From Azolla caroliniana (lineage: Eukaryota; Plantae; Polypodiophyta), in assembly GCA_043228905.1 (NCBI GenBank), contig JBHGNT010000001.1:21142001-21206000 (forward strand): a stretch of 64,000 nucleotides of DNA, read 5' to 3'. The notes below the pieces were generated by a model. That model searched no databases. It was given only the letters and a program-made list of their open reading frames with translations, and was not told where the DNA came from. Positions within the stretch are counted from its first letter, which is position 1. Each line of letters begins with the position of its first letter. Position numbers and translations under genes: made by a program. This document shows positions 39,058-52,896 of this stretch, in pieces.

Positions 39058-39490
39058 CGTTGGTGTTCTAGTTCCCAGTGAGGACCTAACATGGTCGCTC
39101 ATGTCCATTGGTGTTCCAATTCCCGGTGAGAATCACACATGGTCGATCACATCCGTTGGTGTTCCTATCTTCGGTGAGGACCACACATGGTCACTCACAT
39201 TGGTGTTCCAGTTTCTGATGAGGACGGTACATGGTCGCTCATGCCCGTTGGTGTTCCAGTTCCCGGTGAGGACCGTACATTGTCGCTCACACTCATGTTG
39301 GTGTTCCAGTCTTCGGTGAGGACCAAACATGGTTGCTCACACTCACATTGGTGTTACAGTCTCCGATGAGGACTATACATGGTCGCTCACGCCCGTTGGT
39401 GTTCTAGTCTCCGGTGAGGGCCACACATGGTCGCTCATGTTCACCCGTGCTCCTATTTCTGGTGAGCATTTCTCATGGTCACTCACTCAA
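39058..39490. repeat. ~48-bp minisatellite, about 9 degenerate units
   Basis: Consensus CGTTGGTGTTCCAGTTCCCGGTGAGGACCATACATGGTCGCTCATGCC. Confidence 0.9.
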
Positions 39491-40638
39491 CATACTTTGG
39501 TTTTCTCTTTTAGCTCACCCCTGGACCACGCTGTCGTGAAGATTTTCGGGAATGGTGTGAAAATAGCATAAAACATATGAAATCGAGTATTAATCATATA
39601 AAAAAATAATAGTGAAAATACTATTTTAAATAAGTTTAATATCTTAGTACAAAAAGATGGAGTTCTTCAAGAGCTTTCGAATGCACTTTACTACATAACA
39701 AAATGACATCTAAGTCTCAAGTTATGTGGGTAGGAAGTTTGCAAAGGAAAAGAGAAAGATAAAACTGTGAGATATCCCACATAGATAGGACAAATAAGGA
39801 TCTCACCATATATAAGGCAGAGCAAAATCTATTATCTTTGTGTTTATGTGTGGATCATAGAGAGTTCAAGGTGACTTGAATTAAGGTAATTGGATGAGTG
39901 GTTGTGGCCTAGCTACTTGTAAAGATTTATGCCAACCAAAACCGGCGACAGTGACCGGCATTCGGGGACCTCGAGATGCGGACCAAACCGAATGGATGTA
40001 AATCAAATGGATCGGTCGGGTCGGTTGATCGCGGTGCATGGTGTTTTAAAGATATTTGGTCCAAAAGCCTAATAGTATTTTGTGCTTTAAAAGGAATGTA
40101 AATAAGACTTGAACCTTGCACCTCCAAGATAGAAGGCAATATACTCACCACTAAGCTATATCATTTCCTTAGAGATTCTTCCTATCATTATAGTTTTACA
40201 TGTAAATTCTCATATTAGAGCTTGATTGAGTGACATGTGATGCATGAGCGCCAAATGGCAAACATGCATCACATGCATTCTAGGCATTGTATGCATGTCT
40301 TGTACCCTCACATGCATCATATGCATAGGAGCATCTATAAAAGGGTGGATGAAAAAGATCAAGGGGGAGCGATGTATTAATCAAGAAATTAAAAGTAAGA
40401 AACTCGTTATCCAATTGATGTATCAATCTTGTTCTTCAAATCTAAAGTCAAGAGTTCAATCTTAATCTCTCTCAATCTAAAGTGAAGTGTTCTATCTTAT
40501 CTCAATATCTCTCTTTCAATCTATCTTAATTCCTTTCTCGCTAAAGCTTGTGCAAACTTCGAGTCCTTCCGGTTCAGAACCCCGGCGGTTCTGCCCCACG
40601 ATCTGCACGTAGTGACGGATCTTCATGACATAATTAAG

Positions 40639-40655
40639 CGGTGAACCCGACGTGA
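40639..40655 (+). promoter_or_regulatory. tRNA-Trp primer-binding site of D
   Basis: CGGTGAACCCGACGTGA matches 16/17 of the complement of the plant tRNA-Trp 3' end (recalled sequence). Confidence 0.75.
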
Positions 40656-40702
40656 AAGAGGTGGCAAGAAGGATCAAGTCGAGGATCAACCGATACTTGG
40701 AG

Positions 40703-41603
40703 ATGGCATCCTCAAGCAATCAAGCGGGAGAATTCGAAAGGATGATGTTGATCGTCGAACAAATGATGAGATCTCGAGACAATGATGCGAGCAAGGAGAA
40801 GGCCGTTGACTTTGTCGTGGAGCCCGAGGGTCAATTTGACAGAAGGAACATTATGAAGTTCCTTGATGCATATAGAAGGGAGATGAATCAGAGGGACGTG
40901 TCTAAAGCGCATCAAATCACAAGTTTCAAGAGACTGGTCGCCAACAACATCCAAAGGCGTGTCATCTAGCTTCAACAAGGGAAGACAACGTGGTCGGAGT
41001 TCGAGAAAGCGATATTATCGGAGTTCTTGACGGAAGATTTGTCGAGGATGACTCGACATGCCTTGATGAAGTGGATAGCGAAGAAAAATAAGAAGATGAG
41101 CGCCTTGAGGGTGTACGACGAATTCAACCAAATGTTTCGTCATCTCCCTGCCACAGACCAAGTGCTACTTGAGGAGGACAAAACTTTGTACTTCCTAAAA
41201 GCTGTGGATATAAAGGATAGACGAGAACTGGGTACTCTCCTCGAAGATGATACCCAAGCAAACGGGCTTGTGGCGGGTTGGGTTACGGTGAAGCAAGCAT
41301 GCAACAAGATCCACAGGCTTCATCAATGGCTTGATGAAATTTACTTGGTAAGGCCGAGCGTGGGGAAAACAAAACCATCTAAAAAAGTCGAGACACTTAA
41401 ACAACGCATCCAACAGGAAAAGAAGATTGATGATGACTCAAGGATGATGATGGCCATTTCAAAGGAGGACAAATGTTTCGGAACATGCATCATGTTTGAA
41501 ACAACGAATGATGGAGCAAGCCAAATCGAAGCTTGCATTAAGGGAGATAAAGAGTGTGAGATCAACATCATGAAGGATCTCGCCACTAAAATCAACATCG
41601 AGG
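40703..41603 (+). pseudogene. gag of D
   Basis: FDRRNIMKFL and FLKAVDIKDRRELGTLLE, homologous to A gag; one internal stop. Confidence 0.75.
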
Positions 41604-42383
41604 AGGCGGGGGTGAGTCAACCGGAGTCAAATCCGGCAGAGCAGCTAATGGAGGAATCACCATAACAACCACCGGTACCGGGAGCCGAACAGACGCCATC
41701 TAAGGAGCAAAAGTCGGACGAGTCGAAGCCACAACAACAGCCACAACAACAGCCACAACAACAACAACATATTTCTGAAGAACCATTGGATACCTTGGAG
41801 CAGAGTATTCTCGATATCTTGGACAAAGGCTAAGGTCCGGATAGTGGGATTCGACGTACAAGGTATTGTCCCACGGGCGTGCCATGTGTTACCCGGCCGG
41901 CAAAGGAGTTAAAGACCAGAATGTGAAAGGGATTGTTATTCGGAATCTATTTTAATTAAGTAGAATAGTGGGACGTGAACGGACGGACCGGAATCGGTAT
42001 GTTGATACGGATCTGGACCGGTTCCGAACAGGTGTCGGTTGGTACCATTTTGTACTCAACACCGGTGACCTATATAAAGGCCCGGTTACAATGTAAAACT
42101 TTGATGGATAATTAATAGAGCTTCTTGTTTTATCTTTAAGTGTTGATTACCATTCTGTAATAATTGTTCTATCATACGCGTGTATCGAATTTAATGCCAT
42201 ATTGCGAAGTAACCAATTAAGTCTGATTAATCATTGTGTCTTAAGTTATCTCGCTGTAACACCCCTTTGGTGAAGTGTCTTCCGTAGACACCCTGTGTTA
42301 GGCCATCGTCCGGCCCTAAGGATTAACATAGTTTTTGGCGACCACGATACCTGCACAATTGCAGCAAACATCGGCACGAATGG

Positions 42384-45300
42384 ATGACTAGACCAACGAA
42401 CGACCTAGTTACAGAGCGAGCAAGGAGACTTTCTGAACGGTTGAGGAAACGAGAGGCTTTCCAACAAGCGGCAGAAGAAATCAGAGTGGATCGCTCATTT
42501 TCCAAGGTGATCCGGAGAGTGGCCAAGGAGTCACTTCGGTTACGACAAAACGACTACCCGGACGAAGGAAGCAACCTAAGCAGCCTTCGGGAAGCAGAAT
42601 CCCTTCTCCAGGCATTGGCAGCGGGCGAAGGTGAATCGAAAGCATTTTCGGCTTTTGAATCGGATTCAGAAGGGGAATACAGCGCGCATACGAACTACCG
42701 CAGCAGTAACGACACCCCAAACGGACCGGAGGACGACAAGTCGGATACCTTGCTGACACTGGAGCCAGAATTGACAAGGCTGGAACCTCCGGCACCGGAA
42801 GTCGAGCACACTCCAGAACCAGAAGTCGAGGAAGAGAGATCTCCAACACCGAAAGTCGAGGAGGAGAAGCCTCTAACACTGAAAGAGGAGCAAGAAAGAC
42901 CTCCGACGGTGACAGAGGACCGGGAAAGACCTCTGACACCGACAGAGTAGGAGGAAAGACCACCGACACCACCAGCCCACGTACCGACACCAGATGACGA
43001 TATGTCGTTCCAATATCCCAGATACCAGGATGATCCGGACGCGGAAGCTCATGTCCATGCGTTTCAGCAGACCTGGGAAGCAAACCATGTGTCCCAACGC
43101 TTAAATGCTGCCGAAGAGGAACGCTCAAAAAGGGCAGAGTTCGGCATGATCCTGGAGGGACCGACCGACACATGGCACCGAACACAAGATCCCAGCACCA
43201 TCCCCATGTTTGAAACATTAAAGACAAAATTCTTGCATTTCTTTCACAAGGAGATGGACCAACGGGAAATGGTAGGCTTATTTTACAGTATCCGGTAGGA
43301 ACCAACGGAGAACATTCAACAGTTTGTCATCCGGTTCCAGCGGATCCACAGTCAGCTCAGTCGAACAGCACCAGAGGAAGAAACAAAGGCCATATTCTTA
43401 GTAGCACTCTGGGAACCCTTACAAACGGTGTGCACCATCATTGATTTCCGCACCAGCAGCATAGATCAAGTGATCGACCTAGTTCGGGAAATGGAAAACT
43501 CAAGTTCATGGCTAACCATGGGCGCACTTCAGCGTGCACTACCGATAGATGAGGACCTCTGTTTCCGACAAGCAATTCAATGTACGACATGCCTGAATGC
43601 TAGACATTCGGCACTGGAATGCACCATGCGTTCCCAATGCTTGCTCTGCCACTCCAGAAGTCACACAATGGAACGGTGTGAGTATAACTTGTTAAATCGG
43701 CAAGCACCACCGGTCCGGCAAATTGAACCACGAAGCAACCGGGAGGAAGAAGAAGAACACTTGCGGCGAGAGGAGCGCTACCGGCCGGCACAAGATGTCC
43801 GGTACAACAATTGAAGAGACGCTTATGACCGGTATGACATACAGGATAGATACCGGGACTATAATGGATGGTACGAGAGATACAACCGAGATCACTCCCT
43901 TGGTTACAACCAACGACGGGACGACTATGGCAAGTATGATGACCAGCCCCGTCAAGGTTACCGAAACAAAAAGAATTTCAACTAGAAACATCATTTCAAC
44001 AAAAAGGGGGGTCATCCACGGGAACCGGAAAAGGGTGCTCCAAGCAGCCAACCGGACCAAAACCAAGCACTTACCATAGGACCTCAATCGCGGGCGGGCA
44101 CAAACGCCAAATCTAGCAACACTCGGAAGGCGTACTGCTATTATTGCCGACAATAAGGCCACTATAGTAACCAATGTTCGGCGAAGAGTGTTTGGCCCGG
44201 GGCAGCCCGAAAACCCAACAAGAATGCCAAATAACGCTGCCGTTAGGCCGGCTATTGCAACTGGTACCATGCTTCACGGAAGGACTGAAGACAGGAAGGA
44301 CGGCAGCCGACACACAACCGGCTCTGGCATTCTTTTCAAATCCGGAGGAAGGATCGGCAGTGGTAGACACGAGCAGTCCGGCAATCACATCCATCGTGAA
44401 AGGAAAAGAGCTACCCGGCACGATTATCAATGGAGCATCCGGCGTGAACGTGATCAACCTCCAAACGGGTAACACTCTAGGATTCCATGACTGGGAACCA
44501 TGCCCATTTTGGCTTTGGATGGCGGACACAAGCTCAGTACGGACGACTGGGTTAATACGTGATCTGGAAGTGACCATCGGGGGTCACACATTTCGCATTT
44601 CCGCAGTAGTTCTCCAGCTACAGGCTCAGGGAGCTTACCCTCTATTGTTGGGACGCCCTTGGTTAAAAACAATACACATCAAGCAAAACTGGAGGAAGAA
44701 TATAATTACGTTCCCGCATGGAAAAGCGAAAGTATGAGTACCGACTCAACCACGGTCTGGTACCGGCAAGGAATTGACGCCGCTATATGAAGAATGTGTC
44801 AACATGCTGGAAGGATTGGCGGACGAAGAGGTCGATCAATACTTACAGGAAAATCCGAATATCGTACCGTTGTTCGAAATTGATGTAGCCGAAGCAATAT
44901 CACCGTACATGCTGCAACCGGACGGAACCAACGAGGAACCGGATAAAGAAGCGATCCGGGAGTTACGGCAAGCACAGGAGGCACTGGAAAGGGAAATGGT
45001 GGTGTCACAGCGCGTAAAAGCATCCCAACTAGAAGAGGTAAACCTAGGTACCACAGAGGACACAAGACCGGTTCACATCGCCAAGGAAATGACCCCGGAG
45101 AACAAAACGACAATGATCACACTCCTAAAAGAATTTCGCGTTGTGTTCGCCTAGTCCTATGAGGACATGCGGGGACTCGATCCTCAGTTGTATCAACACC
45201 AGATACATCTGAGTAAAGACGCCAAACCGGTAGCACAACGACGTTACCGGATGAACCCGAATTACGCAGCAAAAGTCAAAGAAGAAATCGACAAGTTGCT

Positions 45301-48052
45301 AAGGGTTGGCTTCATCCGACTAGTAAAGAAAGCCACATGGCTCAGTCCGATAGTCGTAGTACCGAAAAAGAACGGTAAGATAAGAGTTTGCATCGACTAC
45401 CGGAAATTGAATGCGGCTATGGTAACGGACACCTTACCACTTCCATTCACGGATGGAGTCCTGGATGCTGTCGCCGGTCATGAGGTGTACAGTTTTCTGG
45501 ACGGTTTCAGCGGCTATAATCAGATCCGGATGCACCCCGACGACCAGGAGAAAACCGCTTTTGTCACCGAATGGGGAGTCTTTGTTGCCATAGTGATGAT
45601 GTTGGGACTGAAAACGGCGTCGGCAACCTTTCAGCAGATCATCATGGAGATTTTCGGAGAATTCATTCCGGCATTCATGCAGGTGTTCTTGGACGACTTC
45701 GCTATTTATAGCCGAAAAGGGGATCACCTTCAGCACCTCCGACTATGTTTGGAGAAATGTAGGGTTTACCGACTAAGCCTGAACCCGGCAAACTGCGGGT
45801 TCGGAGTGGCCAGCAGAGCGTTACTTGGCCACATCGTGAGCAAGGACGGTATTGTAGTGGATCCGGACAAGGTCAAAGCTATTTTGGAGGCACCGACACC
45901 AACCACGGCAAAGGCATTAAGCCGGTTCTTAGAAAAAATCGGTGGCATAGCCGAATGCTCCGGTATCTGGCAGACCTGGCTACACCATTGCATGCCGCAG
46001 TACATCGTACACCATTCCAATGGACGGACACAGAAGACCAGGCTTACCGAGCATTAAAAGTACTGTTGTCACAAGCATCGGGGGTGCAACCCCCGGATTG
46101 GTCTAAAGAGTTCCATGTGTTCGTTGACGCGTCCAACATCACAATCGGGAGCGCGCTTATGCAACTTACAGGACCGACGTGGTACCGGCCAGTGTATTAT
46201 GCCAGCCGGAAGTTGTCACAAGCAGAACATAATTATTACACAATGGAAAGGGAGGCCTTGGGGTATGATCTACAGTGTCACCAAGTTTAGACACTATTTG
46301 TTGGGAAGGAAATTTTCCTTTCACGTAGATCATTTGGCGCTCCTCTACTTGGTGTCCAAAGCATCACTCACTGGTAAGTTGGCCCGGTGGACGTTACTAT
46401 TACAAGAATTTGAGTTCGAGATATTCCACCGACCCGGCATACAACATGCGGTAGCAGACTATTTGAGCCGATTAGATTCCGACGAAACTGGTGACGGCGT
46501 CCCAGACGACTTCCCGGATGCAGAGCTGTTTAGAGTCACATTAGAAATGGCAACGAATTGTACGATCGTAGAGGAAGACAAGTGGCTCACTAACATGCAC
46601 CAATTTCTAATCACCAGTTTACCTCCAGAGGAGATGAATAGAGACGAAAGGAAACGCTTAGCGGTTCAAAACTGGCACTTCTATCTATTAAAGGACACCT
46701 TGTACCACAAAGGTGCAGATGGCATATGGCAGCGTGTAGTGCGCATCGACGAAAAGGAAATAATATTGCGCGAAGCACACTGCGGAGTGGCTAGAGGACA
46801 TTATGCCGGAGACGCTACGGCAAGGAAAATATGGCAGAGTGGACTATGGTGGTCGACAACATTGAAGGATGCAGTCTGATACGCTAAAGAATGCGACCTA
46901 TGTCAGCGAATGGGCCAACCAACTGAACAAGCCAGGATGCCTCACCAGCCTGTGCTACCGTTATAACCATTTCAGAAATGGGGGCTGGATTTTGTCGGTT
47001 CATTCAAACCACCGGCAATGAGAACCGGCAACCAGTATGTGATTGTCGCTACGGATTATTGCACAAAATGGGTGGAAGCCAAAGCACTACGCAACAACAC
47101 CGCGGCATCCACGGCAAAAATTTTATATGAAAACATCTGGTGCCGGTATGGATGTCCGATAGAGCTAATAAGTGACCAAGGTGGGCACTTTTAAGGGAAA
47201 GTAGTGGAAAGTTTGACGACATTCTATGCGGTGGTGCACAAACGGAGCACTCCCTATTATCCACAAGCCAACGGATTAGCCGAGTCAACAAATAAAACAC
47301 TACAGAACATCCTTCGAAAAATCGTCAATGAGAACCGGACGGATTGGGATACAAAGCTACACAATGCACTCTGGGCCTATCGAACGGCATATAAGACAAG
47401 TATCCGCACAACACCGTTTCTCCTAGCATTCGGATTGGAAGCAATGATGCCGGTCAAGTTCCAGGTACCGAGTTTACGAATATAGATTCGTGAATGCCTA
47501 AATGAGAAGGAATCGGAAGCGATCCGGTTAGCCGCGCTGTGCGAATTGGAAGAACACCAGCTAACCAGCATCATGCACCTAGAACTTGAGCAGCGGCGAA
47601 GGAAAGCGTTCGTGGACCGTCACCGAAAAGGGAACGAAAAGATGTTCGGAATCAGTAAGCGGGTATCAGTATTCCAGACCCGGATGGGCAAGATGCCGAG
47701 GAAGCTACGGTTTCGGTGGACCGGACCATACTGGATCACGCGTGAGTGCAACGGTTCCTACCAGTTAGGGACACTCGCCGGTGAGGTTCTGGGTAAATGG
47801 GTCAATGGGTTCCGACTCATATCATACAATGGACCCATGCCAAGAAACCCATTTGAACAAGTAAAGGCCGACACAGAACTAGACACCGGTAAGTCGGAAG
47901 AGACGGCAACACGTTTAGCAATCGGCAAGCGTGAAGCCAGTAAGAGGGAGCACGAGCCGGCAAACGGCAAGAACGTCGCAACGGCAAGCAGTCCAACGGC
48001 CGGCAAGTCCCACAATTCGGATAGGGGTCTAGTGGGACTGGATGCAAATTAA
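42384..48052 (+). pseudogene. C2 gag-pol with many stops and frameshifts
   Basis: CCHC knuckles; PR; RT FLDGFSGYNQI/VFLDDF; RH ARWTLLLQEF; IN. Confidence 0.92.
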
Positions 48053-48279
48053 CCAAACCAAAAATAAATAAAAATTTCAAATCAAATCAAATCAAATCAC
48101 AGTAAATCATGCAAGGGCGAGGGGTGAACGGACACATGCAAGAACAAGGAGTTAACAGGCACTTTGAAAAGGTACGTAGTGGGCTATTAATAGGATATTA
48201 AACCGCCGCCACATGGCATGTCATTCTTTTTTAGTACACGACGTGCACACGTGCGAGTCAAAAAAAAGGTTCCAACATA

Positions 48280-51256
48280 CATCAAGAAAACTCCCACCGC
48301 GTGGAAGCCTTCACATTTCACGAACAGAGGAGCACAAATGAGCACAGGGGATTGAAGATCATCAGATGCGAGGCCACGCACACAGAGCCTCCTCAAACAC
48401 ACCCCTCACCAGTGCTCACCGACCTCGAAGAAGCCATGGACTGCCAAGCACTCTCTGAAGGAGCCAAGAAGTGGCTAAGGCAACACGGGTTAGAAGGTTT
48501 CCTCACAATCATGGAGGTGCCACCGCACCGGGAGGCGGAGAAGATAGTAAAGGAAATCGACACGGAACTGATCACGGAGGAGGCCATCCATGCTTTGATT
48601 GGCCTTCCGGAGGGGGGCATCTTCATTATCGACAACCCTACACCGGAGCAGCTTCGAAAATATTTTGGGGAATACTCTCTGGCCAGCAAGGCTTACCGGA
48701 CACAGGGCGACGAAGATTCACTATTTCGAGAGATTTGTCCGTGTGATTCATGAATTTGGACATGTATACCCTCGACCCCCGTGCATGCCTCAGAACCGAG
48801 CCGTCTTAATCATAGCAACATATGAAGGCGTGAAGGTGGATTGGCCAGTACTGATTGCGGATGGCCCCTATGCGGCCATCGACTCTATAAGAGGCAAGGA
48901 GGGTCAGAAGATATGGACGGCAGTGGCGCAATGACTCACCCTATTGCCGCCACCTATCGAGCCCGTCAAGACCACGAAGCGGGGAAGAACAACCGAACGC
49001 ACCCCGAAAACAACCTCAAAACGGTAGCAGTTGTTGGCCTCTAAGGCAACCAAAGGGAAGGGGTCGACACAGACCAGGCAGCAAAGGAGCGCGCTTATAG
49101 GAAGCGGCAGGCGGAAACACAAGAGGAGCCACCGGCATGGCCAATCAAGATCAGACTTCACCGACCAGTTCAACAAGAGCCGGACCCCTTGGCAGCAAAA
49201 ATCAACATTAGGACCCAAGAGGAGGAAGTAGAGGAGGAACCGTTAGAGCACCTCCAGAGGCGCCAGAAGGCAAGCACCTCCGAACAGGCTAGGGAGCGTT
49301 CGGACCCAAAGAAGGATGGAACGCCTCTACCCCGCACTGAGCATCCCGCACCAAGGGTGGAACCGAAATCAGTTCGGACAGAACCGGTCACAAAGCTCCC
49401 TGCACAACAAACTATACCGGCGGATCAGGATACGGCAAGCGTCGGAAGTACAGTTGCCTACCCCACCGGCAGGTCAAGAGCAATCAGAGGCGGAGCGGCC
49501 AACGGAGCCGCAACCGGAACCAGAACGGCAAAGTGGTCCCCAACCAGAGACAGAGTTGCAGCTCGACGCAACCGGACAAAACCGACCACTGGCCAGCGAC
49601 ACCAACAGCCAACCCTCCGGGCAGACGCAACAACAGGGCACTGGCAACCAATGGCTCGGGTGGATTGGAGAACAGATTACCAGAGTGGTGCACTACATAG
49701 AGGCGGAAGAGAAAGCGCAGATGGACCGGTTGCTCGTCACAACCGGAGAACTAGAGACGGCCCGGTCAAGGATCCGGAGCCTAGAACAAGACTTGGACCT
49801 GGCCACAGAAGAATTGGCCAAAATGTCCTTAACCGAACCACCGATCCAAGCACTAGTGAATCTGTTAGATGTATAGAATAAAGACACACCAACACATGTA
49901 CATAGCAATAAGACCCCGGAGACGGAACCAGTCCCGCAGATAGTGGCGGCGCAAGCAAAAGAGCTTGCTGAATTGAAAGATGAACTGGCCGCGCAAGAAG
50001 CATTATGCACCCAAGAAAGGGACTTGAAGAAAGTGGCAGAAGAAGAACAAAGGAAGACTGCTAAGAACCTCCGCCGGGCAGAAAACAATCTGCTGAAAGG
50101 ACATCAAGCATATGACCGGCTTAAGGAGGAGAAAGAGAAAGCGTTGCAAGAAAAGGAGAAGCTACGACGGATGGCAAAACGGAGATTGAAAGACTTAAAG
50201 AAGAACTCCATCAACAGAAGGATCGGGAAGACCGCGCTCGTCGGAAACTCAACCAGAAGCTAAAGCAGAAGATCGATGATTTTGAGCACCTGCATCGAGA
50301 CTACAAGCACCTGGATACAGAGCATAAGAAACAGCAGGAGAAGATGGCAGAGCTCCGACAGGAGGTGCATCAAGCTGAGACGGCGCTAGCGGAGGAACGG
50401 GCTGAAAGAACCACGCTACTGAAGGAAGCCACGCAAGAACGTATGGAGCTCCATAAGCAGCATTATGAAGAGAAGGAAAGAGTGACAATGGTATTGCAGA
50501 GGTTGCAGAACACCTACCAACACCAATTGTCACATTACCGGGAGCATGAGGCGGACACGGTGGCGCTGATCAAGCAATTGAAGGAAGAACGGCAAGCCAC
50601 AGAGGACAAATCGAAGATGGGATTGGAGCGGATCTAGTTCATTGTCTAGGCATGGAGGAACAAGACAAAACGCTTGATTGACGAAAGCTCCGCGCAATGG
50701 TGGGACAAATGGGCAAAACACACAGCCGAGCTCCAGTTGCTAAGGGCGGACGCGGAAAACTGGCAGAAGGATGGCAGCGACTGCTACATGCTAACAAAGG
50801 AGGACTTCACCGCCGTAACAGATGAGTTAGCAGAAGATTTTGTAACTCTGGCGGAGGAACAGTCAGCAGTGGTTTGGCAACTAGTAGCACAGCTGGACGA
50901 TGATTGACTGGATGCTCAAATCCAGTTTGAAAGCTATGAGCGGACCAGGCTACGGAAAGAAGACACAAAGCAGGCGGCGACCGTCAACCTCAGCGATGAG
51001 GAGCCATCGCCGAAGCAAGGACCGGACGGAGACAAGGCCGGGGGTGAGTCAACCGGAGTCAAATCCGACAGAGTAGCTAACGGAGGAATCACCGCCACAA
51101 ACGCCGGTACCGGGAGCTGAACAGACGCCATCTAAGGAGCAACAGTCGGACGAGCCGGAGCCACAACAGCAGCCACAACAACAACAACAACATATTTCTG
51201 AAGAACCATTGGATACCTTGGAGCAGAGTATTCTGGATATCTTGGACGAAAGCTAA
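48280..51256 (+). pseudogene. C2 extra ORF (~1000 aa ancestral)
   Basis: WLRQHGLEGFL, ITEEAIHALIGLPEG, coiled coil, ends LEQSILDILDES. Confidence 0.75.
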
Positions 51257-52896
51257 GGGCCAGATAGTGGGATTCGATGTACAAGGTACTATCCCACGGA
51301 CGTGCCATGTGTTACCCGGCCGACAAAGGAGTTAAAGACCAGAATGTGAAAGGGATTGTTATTCGGAATCTATTTTAATTAAGTAGAATAGTGGGACGTG
51401 AACGGACGGATCGGAATCGATATGCCGATATGGATCCGGACCGGTTCCGAACAGGTGCCGGTTGGTACCGTTTTGTACTCAGCACTGGTGACCTATATAA
51501 AGGCCCGGTTACAATGTAAAACTTTGACGGATAATTAATAGAGCTTCTTGTTTTATCTTTAAGTGTTGATTACTGTTCTGTACTAATTGTTCTATCATAC
51601 ACGTGTATCGAATTTAATGCCATATTGCTAAGTAACCAATTAAGTCTGATTAATCGTTGTGTCTTAAGTTATCTCGCCATAACACCCCTTTGGTGAAGTG
51701 TCTTCCATAGACACCCTGTGTTAGGCCATCATCCGGCCCTAAGGATTAACAGGGCAGTTGCATCAAAGAACCAACGTGACACCTAAGAGATGGAAGGTGT
51801 CAGCGAGGAGCTAAAGGTCGAAAAGAGTACATGCGATGAAGAGAGAAGGATAATCGAAGCTTGCTCGATCAAGAAAGTCAATGGGTGCGAGGCCCATGAG
51901 ATTGAAGATATAGACACGAAAAAAAACATCGAGTTAGAGATGGCTATGGACGAGTCAATGGCGGATGGTCATGTGGAGACTTTCCTAACACTTCATCTAG
52001 AGACTTGGGCAATTGCGTCCGAGGACCGACATGGGACCCAAGAGATGGATGGTGGCGAAAAGGAAGAGAAGGACCAAGATAATACAGACATTGACAATGG
52101 CCAAATTTTCTCCAAACTTGTTCCAGAGACTTGGGCAATTGTGTCAGAGAACCGATGTAAGACCCAAGAGACAGGAGGTAATGGTGAAGAACCGAAGGTG
52201 GAAACTAATACATGCGGCGAAGAGAGAAGCATAATAAAGGATTGCTCAATAAAAAGGATCGATGGGTACGATGCCCATGAGTTTGAAGGAATAGCTATGG
52301 AAAATTACGTCAAGGTGAAGATAGTGAATGGTCATAAAGAGCTTTTCCCTGCACTAGTTCTAGAGATTTGGGCATTAACCGATGTAAGACACAAGAGATG
52401 GAAGCTAGTGTTACCGGCCGGCAAAGGAGTCCAGAGTGGGAAACGAAGAGCTAATTAAGTAGTAGGAATGTGGTTGTAATTAAGCTATGAGTGTGGACGG
52501 ACGGACCGGAAACGGTATGCCGTTCCGGATCCGGACCGATTCCGAACAGGTGCGGATGGCACCGTTTTGTAATACAGACCGGGAACCTATTTAAAGGCCC
52601 GGATACAATGTAATAGTGAGCGATGAATTAATGAAAGCTTAAGTGTGGTTATCTCTCTGTGTTAATTGTCGTTCTGTCTTAATTGTTATATCTTACACGT
52701 GTGCTATGAAGACGATCATAATAAGTAACTTAACCAAGTAGGATTAAGCGTTGAAGTCTAATCCGGTGGCCGTAACACCCTTTGGTGAAGTGTCTCCCGT
52801 AGACACCCTGTGTTAGGCCATTGTCCGGCCCGAAGAGTTAACACAGTTTTTGGCGACCACGATTCCTGTTTTTGCAGTGAACGACGGCACGGATGG

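Larger units (their letters stand above)
41887..51751 (+). mobile_element. Athila-like Gypsy element C2, full length
   Basis: 442-bp LTRs at 41887-42328 and 51310-51751; PBS TGGCGACCACGAT at 42336 (tRNA-Arg-like); no clear TSD. Confidence 0.93.
39532..52408 (+). mobile_element. Gypsy element D (relative of A): 5' LTR and gag, interrupted by C2 and C3
   Basis: LTR 39532-40630 (TGTCGTGAAG...CTTCATGACA) shares the CATGCA/E2F/TATA block with A. gag 40703-41603 resumes at 51752-52408. Confidence 0.82.

Noticed and set aside
39058-39490. Tandem hammerheads in the 48-bp minisatellite
   Set aside because: The GAAA core and stems I and III are absent; CTGATGA occurs in only one unit.
42075-42100. 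Twister-like CCGGTTACAA in the family-C LTR
   Set aside because: Lacks the rest of the twister core and pseudoknot pairings; it lies just after the TATA box.
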